This document shows positions 38,056 through 46,551 of a DNA stretch of 50,707 nt, in pieces. The translations under genes were made by a program, and so were the position numbers. The notes under the pieces were generated by a model that was given only the letters and a program-made list of their open reading frames with translations, did no database searches and had not been told where the DNA came from. The stretch lies in IMG/VR virus record IMGVR_UViG_3300036801_000089, positions 1 to 50,707 of that record. One strand, 5' to 3'. Numbering within the stretch: the stretch's first letter is position 1; every line of letters starts with the position of its first letter. This DNA comes from a virus. Its lineage: Duplodnaviria > Caudoviricetes.

Positions 38056-38656
38056 TCTCTAAATCAGGCGAAACAGGCGAACATATTGTAAATTCTCCGC
38101 TCACCTGCTACCCTTTTGCCCGTGTCCAAGCTAACTACAGACCGCACTCTCAAAGCCAGATTGACGGTCAGGCGCATGCGCATGTCGTTGCCATTCGCGG
38201 CCCGTCGCGCATGGGGTTTGCGCTTGCAGGCCATCAAGGGTGGACGCGCAGTCCAACGGCTGTACAAGCTACGCGGTGAGCATCCGCTCGTGAAGTACAA
38301 CGAAGAACGGCGAAAGTTAAAGTCTCTTAAAATGAATGAGATACAAAAGCCACGTTCAGGAAGTACGCTTCATTTAGAGTGAAGTGCAACAAAGCAATAG
38401 ACTTCCACCAACACATATTGTTGTTTATCAGACCATGTTGGGCATCCGTCTGCCGATGCGTTGCTGTTTAATTGCCGATCGATTGCCACGCGAACGGCGG
38501 GCGATTAGCGCGCGCACCACACACGCCGGCGGACAAGCTTTCCGGGTACCCTTTGACCTAATTGGCAAGCCCCCGGCCTGTTTATGCGGGTTCAGGGAAG
38601 ATCGCTTCCACTAGGCCCTCACAGAAATCAGGGTGGTTTCATGCCCAAGTAGAATA

Positions 38657-38709
38657 TGTGACAGGTGTGACAGAATCTACTTGACAAGGTGTGACGAGTG
38701 TGACAGATT
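38657..38709 (+). promoter_or_regulatory. promoter with four TGTGAC direct repeats (putative RHH operator)
   Basis: TTGACA(38681)-N17-CAGATT, 7 nt before the ATG; TGTGAC at 38657, 38666, 38690, 38699. Confidence 0.6.
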
Positions 38710-38716
38710 GCGGGGC

Positions 38717-39142
38717 ATGGCAGCACTCCACATCCGTGACATCAGTGACGCATTATTAAAGCAGTTGAAGAAGGATGCGGTCGAGTGTGGATTGACGCTG
38801 AAGCAGTATGTGGTTGGGAAGTTGGCAACGCCGAGCGGGAGCGGGGTAGTGAAACAGGATCACGCGAGCCTCATAAGCTCGAATTCCGAGTGCAACTCTC
38901 GGCTCCGCAACCAGAATGAGGTAGAGGATGAGGAATCCCGAGAAGATCAAGATAGTGGAGCAATGGACGTGCCTAGGAGTGAGGCGGTACCAACGGTTAG
39001 CGGACGGGAGCCTGCTAGAACTCGAAAGCGGAAGCCTGCTGGCAAAAGAGCCGGTAACGGTGATAAACCGACCTGCATCCACGGAGCCGAGAAGGGGTAC
39101 TACTGCGGGATGTGTGGAGGGAAAGCGAAGATCGTCGAATGA
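38717..39142 (+). CDS. RHH regulator with disordered linker and C-terminal Zn knuckle
   Basis: MAALHIRDISDALLKQLKKDA..CGLTLKQYV (RHH); CIHG....CGMC at the C-terminus. Confidence 0.6.
   Translation: MAALHIRDISDALLKQLKKDAVECGLTLKQYVVGKLATPSGSGVVKQDHASLISSNSECNSRLRNQNEVEDEESREDQDSGAMDVPRSEAVPTVSGREPARTRKRKPAGKRAGNGDKPTCIHGAEKGYYCGMCGGKAKIVE
38840..38913 (+). tRNA. tRNA with CAT anticodon (Met/fMet-like)
   Basis: Cloverleaf: acceptor GCGGGG/CTCCGC with A1:A72 mismatch; D stem GTGA/TCAC; anticodon arm CGAGC-CTCATAA-GCTCG; T arm CCGAG-TGCAACT-CTCGG; encoded CCA. Confidence 0.85.
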
Positions 39143-39152
39143 GGGGTGAGGA

Positions 39153-40184
39153 GTGAAAGCCGCGATAGTTCTGACCTCGATCAACGACTGCGAAGAACTC
39201 CTCGACGGGTACCTTGATAATCTCAGCAGGTTTGGACGCGAAGCCAGTATTATTTTAATACCGGACATGAAAACGCGAGCGCAGAGGATTCGCAAAGCGG
39301 TCAAGTGTCCGACGATGGGGGAGCAAGATTCATTCCTCAAGATCGTGGGTTTACCACCGCAAGAAATCCCTTTCAACTCCGACAATCGCCGCAACGTAGG
39401 CTACCTGATGGCGCTGGTCGAAGGCGCCGAGATGATTGTGTCGATCGACGATGATAACTTCTGCCCAGTGAGCGAAGACTTTATCGGGGCGCACCTCGCG
39501 GCGCTGGAGAAGCACAACCCACTAGTCAGCACTGAAGATGGCTGGTACAACAATTGCAATCTGCTGAAAATCATGGGGCGGGAGATCTTCGCCCGCGGAT
39601 TCCCCTACTACGCGCGAAAACCGTTCAAGATGCACACACAATACGCGCAAGATGGGGAAGTGGTCATTAATGCGGGGATGTGGACAGGCGCGCCGGATGT
39701 GGATGCGATTACCTGGCTCCAGCGTCCCGGACACGTGGCGCGGTGCACGGGCAATGCGGTGTTGGCTCCCGATACTTGGTGCCCCATCAATTCACAGAAT
39801 ACGGCAGTGCGGCGGGACGCGATGGCCGCATATTATTTTGTGTGCATGGAAGCGCCGATTGATCGCTACGGAGATATTTTTCAAGGGTACTTCGCATTGA
39901 AGTGCGCGAAGCACTTAGGATTGACGGCGCGGTTTGGAACTCCAGTGGCGACGCATCGGCGTAACTCGCACAACTATCTGGCCGACGCGGAGAAGGAAAT
40001 TTTCGGGATCAGGCTCATGGAAGAATTGCTTCCGAAGTTGGTTGAGCATAAACTGACGGGCAGTTCGTTCGGCGAAGCGTACTTGTCGCTCGCGGATTTT
40101 ATCGAATCGCAGGACGCACAGTTTTTCAAGAACACGGCGCGCCGAATGCGGCTGTGGGCTACGACGTGCCAAAGGATCGGATGA
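39153..40184 (+). CDS. RGP/STELLO-like GT-A protein (UDP-arabinopyranose mutase-like)
   Basis: RRNVGYL.A....IVSIDDDN, GMW.G.PDVDA, PINSQNT and RYGDI motifs. Confidence 0.7.
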   Translation: MKAAIVLTSINDCEELLDGYLDNLSRFGREASIILIPDMKTRAQRIRKAVKCPTMGEQDSFLKIVGLPPQEIPFNSDNRRNVGYLMALVEGAEMIVSIDDDNFCPVSEDFIGAHLAALEKHNPLVSTEDGWYNNCNLLKIMGREIFARGFPYYARKPFKMHTQYAQDGEVVINAGMWTGAPDVDAITWLQRPGHVARCTGNAVLAPDTWCPINSQNTAVRRDAMAAYYFVCMEAPIDRYGDIFQGYFALKCAKHLGLTARFGTPVATHRRNSHNYLADAEKEIFGIRLMEELLPKLVEHKLTGSSFGEAYLSLADFIESQDAQFFKNTARRMRLWATTCQRIG

Positions 40185-40231
40185 AAGCTGAACACCTTTC
40201 TGTGAAGTGGTCGAAGGCATCGTAGGCCGAA

Positions 40232-40897
40232 ATGAGAATGCTTGATTTATTTTGCGGACGTTGGGGCTGGAGTAAATCCTTTGCTCTGCGCGGGTGGCAT
40301 TGCATCGGTCTTGACTTGGTGCGCCCACCTGAGATTCCGTTTGCGAACTGCGAATTCATCTGTGAGGACATTCTCAATGTCGACGCGCGTTGGGTTAACA
40401 ATGACAGATTCGATTTCATCTGCGCTTCGCCGCCGTGCCAGCAGTTTTCGGTGCATGGCATGAAGCACTTCCATCCGAATCCGCCGTACCCGAAATTGGG
40501 CATTCAGCTATTCGAGTATACGCGGAGAATTTGCGAGGAATCAGGCGTGCCTTACGTGATTGAGAATGTGCGAGCGGCACAGCAATTCGTGGGCAATGCC
40601 GTGCATCACTGCGGGCCGTTTTATTTGTGGGGAACGGGAGTGCCGCCGCTGGTAAGCCGCGGTGTGAAAAAGGGCATTGATTGGGGATCGTCAAAGGCCG
40701 TGAACGCCATGGCAACTCAGGAAGAAAAGCGCAAGTATCGTGACAAGCCGTACTACCACAACCGCGCCTTTTCAATGAGCCTCAAGCGCCATGAAGATCA
40801 GGCCCGAGTGGCCACGATCCCGCCCGAACTTTCCAACGCCGTGGCCGATTATGCCAAGAGGCTTTTGGAACAGAGAGCGGTGAGCACGGCATCGTAG
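40232..40897 (+). CDS. C5-cytosine DNA methyltransferase (short form)
   Basis: LDLFCG..G (motif I), SPPCQ (IV), IENV (VI). Confidence 0.8.
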   Translation: MRMLDLFCGRWGWSKSFALRGWHCIGLDLVRPPEIPFANCEFICEDILNVDARWVNNDRFDFICASPPCQQFSVHGMKHFHPNPPYPKLGIQLFEYTRRICEESGVPYVIENVRAAQQFVGNAVHHCGPFYLWGTGVPPLVSRGVKKGIDWGSSKAVNAMATQEEKRKYRDKPYYHNRAFSMSLKRHEDQARVATIPPELSNAVADYAKRLLEQRAVSTAS

Positions 40898-40926
40898 GCC
40901 GAAAAGATTTGGGGCTAAAAGCTGAC

Positions 40927-41121
40927 ATGTCGATTGGAAACCCAAGCGAACACTATGCTCTGCTTTCAGAGCTGGAATATTTTCACATGGACCGTGAACA
41001 ACTAATTTTCGTAACGATTTGCAGGGAGCTAACGAAGCGAGGAAAGATTCAACCCTTTAAAGCGGCGCACCTCGCGGAAATTGTCGAGGCTGAACTTTTG
41101 CGGTGGGAAAAGTGGCAATGA
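40927..41121 (+). CDS. hypothetical protein
   Basis: Lies between 20-bp repeats. Confidence 0.45.
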   Translation: MSIGNPSEHYALLSELEYFHMDREQLIFVTICRELTKRGKIQPFKAAHLAEIVEAELLRWEKWQ

Positions 41122-41174
41122 AAGATTTGGGGCTAAAAGCAAAAGACCCGTAACGGACATTTGGGAGGCGGACA

Positions 41175-41459
41175 GTGAAAATTTCCAAGTGGGTTGACAT
41201 GTCACAGGAAGTAGAAATTGAAATTGGCTGTGACGACATCCGCGGTGCACTAGCGGAACAGTTTGCCATCGTCGCGGTTGACGGGTCGCATGCGGGCGAA
41301 CTGACGTTGGCGTTTAGCTGCATCGCTAAGTTTTTTAATGCCCTCGCTGATGAACAGATAGCGTTATTGACCATCAATCAACGCCGTGTCGTTGGGAACT
41401 ACCTGAGCGATCAGGCCAAGCGATTCGCAATCACCGAAGTTGCGGGCCACGCGGTCTAA
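41175..41459 (+). CDS. hypothetical protein
   Basis: GGAGG RBS. Confidence 0.55.
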   Translation: MKISKWVDMSQEVEIEIGCDDIRGALAEQFAIVAVDGSHAGELTLAFSCIAKFFNALADEQIALLTINQRRVVGNYLSDQAKRFAITEVAGHAV

Positions 41460-41553
41460 CAGAACCAAGATTTGAGCACGGCGACCGAGCACGCAGCACC
41501 AAAGTAGAGTTGCGGGCCACGCGGTTTCAGAAAAGATTTTTGGGATAAAACCT

Positions 41554-42912
41554 ATGGCTAAAGTGATCCTTGCTGGCGGTCCAAGTTTTGCCCTGTTCAA
41601 CCCGTCGCTTCACGCGAGCCTTGGGCTTCTCTACCTCGCATCTGCCCTGCGCGAAGTAGGCCACGAAGTTAAAATAATCGACTGCCACAAAATTTCCACG
41701 TTCGATCCCGAAACCAACAAACTGATCGTCCGCCACGAGGACATGGAACCCTGCGACATCCTGGGCGTGTCGATCGTTACCCCGAACGCGGAGTTTGGCG
41801 GGCAGCTCGCCGCGGCGTGGCCGGCGAAAGTGAAAGTGGCTGGCGGGCCGCATGTGACCTACATCATCGAAGGGCCGCACGCGCACTTCAAGCAGAAGAA
41901 GTATTTCGAGGGCTTCGATTTCCTGATGACCGGGGAGTGCGAGGAATCGTTCGTCGAGTTTTGCAACAAGTGGGACCGGGGAGAGGATGTAACCAAGGTT
42001 GCTGGTGTGGCATGGTTCGGGCCGCTCGGGATGCAGCACCTTCCCTCACCGCCGCTGCCTGATGTGACGAAGATGAAAACTCCCGCATATGATCTGTGGG
42101 GAAATTATTCTAAGGGAGGGCTTAATGTCACTTCCATTCACGGGACCAGTATCGACGTGGCAGAAAGAACCATCGGCTCCCTCTGGACCGCAAGAGGATG
42201 CCCCTACGGTTGTTCCTTTTGTGCCGACGCCCGAACCAAACTTCGAGAAGAAACCTTTGACCAAATCGAATCGGAAGTCAAAGCCCTTGCCGAAATCGGA
42301 GTAACGGCGTTACGCGTTTGGGATGATGTGCTCACGATTAAGGCCAAGCGTTGCCGGGAACTCGCGGCACTCTTCCACGACTACGGAATGCTGTGGCGCG
42401 GCTGGAGTCGAGTGAACTTGATGGACCCTCAGCTATTCAAAGACCTCGCTGCTCTCGGTTGCACCGAAATGGGATTTGGCGTAGAGCACGGCTCGCGTCG
42501 AATGCTGAAGGCGATGAACAAAGGGACAACACCAGAGGCGAATACCAAAGGGGTGAGGCTCTGCCAAGATGCGGGGATCTCGGCTCGCGCCTACTTGTTG
42601 ATTGGTTTTCCCGGTGAAACTTGGGAGTCCATCGAGGAAATGCGGCAATGGATAGAAGATTGCCACCCCGACGCTGCAAGCCTGCACATGTTTCAACCAT
42701 ACCCAGGGTGTGAAGTGTGGAACGTGCCGGAGAAATTCGGCGTTACGATTCCACCCGATTCGTTCTCGAAGATGTGGGAACTAAATGATGACGACCCCAG
42801 CACAACGGTTCTTGATCTTCCGACTATGAACACAGCAGAATTATTTGAAGCCCGAAAGATGCTCCACAACTGGATTACCGAAAATATCTCTCTGCGTTTG
42901 GCTACCCGTTGA
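41554..42912 (+). CDS. cobalamin-binding radical SAM enzyme (class B methyltransferase-like)
   Basis: SLGLLYLAS.L and GGPH (B12 domain); RGCPYGCSFC (CxxxCxxC); G.E.GS; IGFPGET; PYPG. Confidence 0.9.
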   Translation: MAKVILAGGPSFALFNPSLHASLGLLYLASALREVGHEVKIIDCHKISTFDPETNKLIVRHEDMEPCDILGVSIVTPNAEFGGQLAAAWPAKVKVAGGPHVTYIIEGPHAHFKQKKYFEGFDFLMTGECEESFVEFCNKWDRGEDVTKVAGVAWFGPLGMQHLPSPPLPDVTKMKTPAYDLWGNYSKGGLNVTSIHGTSIDVAERTIGSLWTARGCPYGCSFCADARTKLREETFDQIESEVKALAEIGVTALRVWDDVLTIKAKRCRELAALFHDYGMLWRGWSRVNLMDPQLFKDLAALGCTEMGFGVEHGSRRMLKAMNKGTTPEANTKGVRLCQDAGISARAYLLIGFPGETWESIEEMRQWIEDCHPDAASLHMFQPYPGCEVWNVPEKFGVTIPPDSFSKMWELNDDDPSTTVLDLPTMNTAELFEARKMLHNWITENISLRLATR

Positions 42913-43622
42913 GACTCAGTATTATTTTAATAGGCCGCTCCGATAATTACGGCGGCGACTTCGTAGGCCGCTTAAACCGCTCACTGGAAAGCATCATGCC
43001 GCTCGGTGCCGAAGTGATCTTCGTCGAGTGGAATCCGCTCGGCGACCGCCCGCGCATCAACACTGAGATTCGACATCGCGGCGTGCGCATCATTACCGTG
43101 TACCCGGAAGTTCACCGCTCGCTGCCGGGACATGAATTGTTTCCAGTATTCGAGTACCGCGCAAAGAACGTGGGGATTCGCAGAGCAAAGGGCGACTGGA
43201 TTCTGTGTCTAAACTCGGACATCATCCTGAGCGAACAAATGCTGCGGTGCCTCACTTGCTCATTCGATGACACCTGTTTTTACCGAGCGCGGCGGCACGA
43301 CATGGACGGCGAGAGACTGGTGCAAATCTGTGATGGCCCAGGAGACTTCGTACTTATGCACAGGATTCGCTGGAACCATCTTCGCGGATACCTTGATCTG
43401 GTAAGCTACACACACCTTGACTCGCTGCTATTGTGGAATGCGCTCGACGCGGGCCTGCAAGATGCGAGGCTTGAGGCTCCCATCATCCACCAGGAGCACG
43501 ACCGCAGCGAACACAAACTGCGAACCGGAATCCATTCCAGCGACATGCCCAAGTTTATCGGAATGAAAAACGACGAGGATTGGGGACTCGCAAACCATCA
43601 ACTGCCCGAGGTGACGACGTGA
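42909..43622 (+). CDS. GT-A (family 2-like) glycosyltransferase
   Basis: R.D.YGGDF..R, AKNVGIRRA.GDWIL..NSD, GDF.L, HQEH. Confidence 0.8.
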   Translation: MRLSIILIGRSDNYGGDFVGRLNRSLESIMPLGAEVIFVEWNPLGDRPRINTEIRHRGVRIITVYPEVHRSLPGHELFPVFEYRAKNVGIRRAKGDWILCLNSDIILSEQMLRCLTCSFDDTCFYRARRHDMDGERLVQICDGPGDFVLMHRIRWNHLRGYLDLVSYTHLDSLLLWNALDAGLQDARLEAPIIHQEHDRSEHKLRTGIHSSDMPKFIGMKNDEDWGLANHQLPEVTT

Positions 43623-44629
43623 AGGTTGGCTTGCTATACCCGACAGTCGGTGCTCTCGTAGAAAAAATGGCGGCAATTTTCCCCGGACTCACCGTCATAG
43701 GCCCGCCCTGCGACGATCTCTACAAATGGGATAAGCGCATCCTGCCGCTCGCCAAGGCCAACGGACGCATCGCGGAGTGGAAGGAACTGGGCCTCGACAT
43801 TCACTTCGAGGAAAAGCCCTACAGCGAATGCGACTTCTCGAAGTTCGATCTACTGATCGAATCGGTCGAAACATTCAACTACGCTGCATCGTGGCGCGAG
43901 CACTGCACACGTATCGAGTGTCCCATTATCGTGTTCGTCTGCTGGTACGATTCCCCAGCCTACCTTCCGCACGACTACCTCAAGAAAATAGAAAACTTCC
44001 CAGTCCTGCTCGGGATGCCTTCGCACTTGAATGCGTGGCGCGCTGCGCTGCCTGACGTGAACCCCGCTGCTGTTCCGGTAGGCGACTGGTGGTTCGAGCG
44101 TCCGTGGACAGGAGTGCGCGAGGAAGCCTTGTTCGTGCTAGCGGGCAAGGACATCTGGCGCCCTGCGGACAAGACGGTGTGCGGCGTGGATCTGTGGGAA
44201 AAACTCTGTGAACGGTTTCCAGGAAAGATGCACCACCACGACGGAGCGATCGACTTCAAGACCTCGAAGCAGATGGCCGAGATGTGCAGCGAGTATCGCG
44301 TGTTCGTGAACCTCGACCGCAGCGGTGCGCGCCCACTGTGTACCTCGTTTACGGAAGCGGTTGCTGCGGGAATGCCCGTAATAGCTCGGAATCAGCCGGG
44401 ATTGTCCTACAAGGATTACATTAACGGAAACGGGGTCTGCACAGATAATTTCGACGAGATGTGTGATTTCATTGAGCAGTGTTTTGAAAACATGGAGTTT
44501 GCGCGGGAGTGCAGCCGCCAAAGCCGTAAGATTGGCAAAGCGTCATTCTCGGTCGAGGCGGTGCGCCCGACTTACGAAGAGGCGGCGGTGCGCGCGATGG
44601 CCGTGTTTCACCAGGGGCATTGGCGATGA
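43619..44629 (+). CDS. GT-B (family 4-like) glycosyltransferase
   Basis: YRVFVN...SFTEAVAAGMPVI...NG motif. Confidence 0.75.
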   Translation: MKVGLLYPTVGALVEKMAAIFPGLTVIGPPCDDLYKWDKRILPLAKANGRIAEWKELGLDIHFEEKPYSECDFSKFDLLIESVETFNYAASWREHCTRIECPIIVFVCWYDSPAYLPHDYLKKIENFPVLLGMPSHLNAWRAALPDVNPAAVPVGDWWFERPWTGVREEALFVLAGKDIWRPADKTVCGVDLWEKLCERFPGKMHHHDGAIDFKTSKQMAEMCSEYRVFVNLDRSGARPLCTSFTEAVAAGMPVIARNQPGLSYKDYINGNGVCTDNFDEMCDFIEQCFENMEFARECSRQSRKIGKASFSVEAVRPTYEEAAVRAMAVFHQGHWR

Positions 44630-45456
44630 TCTCCCTACTTCTCCCATCCCGCAAGCGCCCGGAGATTTTCGCACGCATGGTCGAATCGGTAAGAAAGACC
44701 GCGATAAAATATGTCGAGATTGTGGCTATGTTTGATGAGGACGACGAAGCGAGTGCCGAGGCTGCGAAGGTTGATCCCAAGACATGCGCCGATATTATTT
44801 TAATAGGACCGCGCCTGCGCCAGATGACCGTATATTGGAATCTATGCTTCGATCATTGCAAGGGGGCGATTGTCTGCCAAGCAAACGATGACATGGTGTT
44901 CACCACAAAGGGTTGGGATGTAATGGTCGAGGATGCCTTCGCAGCGGTGCCCGACAAGATCATGCTGGCGCACGGCTCCGATGTATTCGGTCACGGCAGT
45001 AACTTTGGACCGCACGCCTTCGTAAGCCGAAGGTGGGTCGAAGCACTGGGATATTTTATCCCTCCGTACTTTTCGTCAGATTTCGGCGACGCTTGGATTT
45101 GCGAGATAGCGAACATGCTCGGTCGCCGGCGCTTCCTGAATTTCAACATTGAACACAGACATTTTTCCCACGGCATGATGGAGCTGGACGAGAACACAGC
45201 CGAACGGCTCCAGCGGCACCGCGAGGATGATCCCGAAACGCTGTACTACAGTCCAGCGATGCAAGCGGAACGGCAGCGCGACGCTGAGAAACTAGCGAAA
45301 CTCATGGACAAAAACCTGAGCACAAAGGGCTGGTGCCCGCCGCATTCGAACATACGAAGCGCGGGGATGTGCCCGCATTGCGAGAGCCTGTCGACCGTGG
45401 CAGTGGGCGTGGGGAAGTTTTTTTGCAACCGCTGCGGAAAAGACTTCGTGAGATGA
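44626..45456 (+). CDS. GT-A glycosyltransferase with C-terminal zinc ribbon
   Basis: ISLLLPSR.RP, NDD, T.GWD, D.W..I, IEHRH; tail CPHCESLSTV...CNRCG. Confidence 0.8.
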   Translation: MISLLLPSRKRPEIFARMVESVRKTAIKYVEIVAMFDEDDEASAEAAKVDPKTCADIILIGPRLRQMTVYWNLCFDHCKGAIVCQANDDMVFTTKGWDVMVEDAFAAVPDKIMLAHGSDVFGHGSNFGPHAFVSRRWVEALGYFIPPYFSSDFGDAWICEIANMLGRRRFLNFNIEHRHFSHGMMELDENTAERLQRHREDDPETLYYSPAMQAERQRDAEKLAKLMDKNLSTKGWCPPHSNIRSAGMCPHCESLSTVAVGVGKFFCNRCGKDFVR

Positions 45457-46121
45457 AACTCGAACTCCTAATCCTTAGTATGCCAACCCGCGTAGAATTT
45501 CTGAAGCGGTTGCTTTTGTGTCTTGCACGTCAACGTGAGGGAGTTGGGAACGTAGCAGTGCGGATCAGAACATGCGATCCAAGCCTTACTCTCGGGGAGA
45601 ACCGCGAGCTATTGCGACGGGCTTCCAATGCCGAGTACATTGCTTTCGTCGATGATGACGATCTCGTGGCTCCAGATTATGTGTCCACAATTCTGCCACT
45701 ACTTGACGGCGTGGACCAAATTGGTTTTGAACTTCAATGCTATATCGACGCAGTAGCCCTGCCAAAAAAGACTATTCATTCATTGAGGCATACCGGATGG
45801 TTTGAAAATGCACTCGGATATTTTCGGGACATCTCGCATCTAAATCCGATGCGGCGCGAACTCGCGCTACTTGAACCGATGGAAGGCGGGCACGGAGAGG
45901 ACAAACGATGGTCGGATCGGATGCGCGGGAAGGTCAAGACGGAACACTACATCCCGCGAGTCATGTACCATTATTATTTTAATACGAAGAAGAATCAGGG
46001 TGCGCCGTGCCCGAAATGCGCGAGCGAATCAACGGTGCTGGTCGAGACGGGAACATGGTGCAACGGCTGCGGGGTTCTGTTTTCGGAACATCCTATTCAG
46101 AAGTCGTGTCTTTGGGTGTAG
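45453..46121 (+). CDS. GT-A glycosyltransferase with C-terminal zinc ribbon
   Basis: LGENR..L, EYIAFVDDDD, GED..W; tail CPKCASESTV...CNGCG. Confidence 0.8.
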   Translation: MKLELLILSMPTRVEFLKRLLLCLARQREGVGNVAVRIRTCDPSLTLGENRELLRRASNAEYIAFVDDDDLVAPDYVSTILPLLDGVDQIGFELQCYIDAVALPKKTIHSLRHTGWFENALGYFRDISHLNPMRRELALLEPMEGGHGEDKRWSDRMRGKVKTEHYIPRVMYHYYFNTKKNQGAPCPKCASESTVLVETGTWCNGCGVLFSEHPIQKSCLWV

Positions 46122-46350
46122 TGCCATCCGTCCAAAAGTTGCAGACATAAGAGGGGTCTACGGAGTCATCGTCTGAAGGTCGGAAGATTTCGCAGGTGGT
46201 AAACCGATCTATTACGCGCTTGAAAAAATGGGCGCAATTCCCGCAAACGCCTCTGCCCTCGCCTTCGCGGTAATTCACTTCCTCTTCGTCAAATTTGTAG
46301 GGCCTATTTTCGATGAGGCGCTGGTAGGCTTCTTTGCTGACGGTTGCCAT
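46093..46350 (-). CDS. small four-Cys protein (HiPIP-like spacing)
   Basis: Y....CGNC.HF...C.....V....VCNFW. Confidence 0.5.
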   Translation of the reverse strand: MATVSKEAYQRLIENRPYKFDEEEVNYREGEGRGVCGNCAHFFKRVIDRFTTCEIFRPSDDDSVDPSYVCNFWTDGTTPKDTTSE

Positions 46351-46551
46351 CTAGTGAGCCTTTCCAAAGGCAGCTTTTATTACTGCGTCAAACTCTTTCC
46401 AGATATTCTGCCAGTGCCGGCCAAAGGGGGTATCGCCTTGCGTCTGAGAGACATATTCTCTGTGGAGAACTGATCTGCTTGCTGCTTTTGCCTCTAGCGT
46501 TTGAATCCGACGCTCAAGTTCGGCAATCTTTTCTTGGATGGGAATTTTCAT
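46351..46551 (-). CDS. hypothetical protein
   Basis: Packed minus-strand unit; GAGG RBS. Confidence 0.55.
   Translation of the reverse strand: MKIPIQEKIAELERRIQTLEAKAASRSVLHREYVSQTQGDTPFGRHWQNIWKEFDAVIKAAFGKAH

Larger units (their letters stand above)
40216..41525 (+). repeat. three pairs of 17-20 bp direct repeats at gene boundaries
   Basis: GGCATCGTAGGCCGAAA (40216, 40888); AAAGATTTGGGGCTAAAAGC (40903, 41121); AGTTGCGGGCCACGCGGT (41438, 41508). Confidence 0.85.

Noticed and set aside
38928-39149. Alternative ORF downstream of the tRNA
   Set aside because: It has an RBS-like GAGG but no recognisable motif and overlaps the frame with the Zn knuckle; not excluded, but less supported
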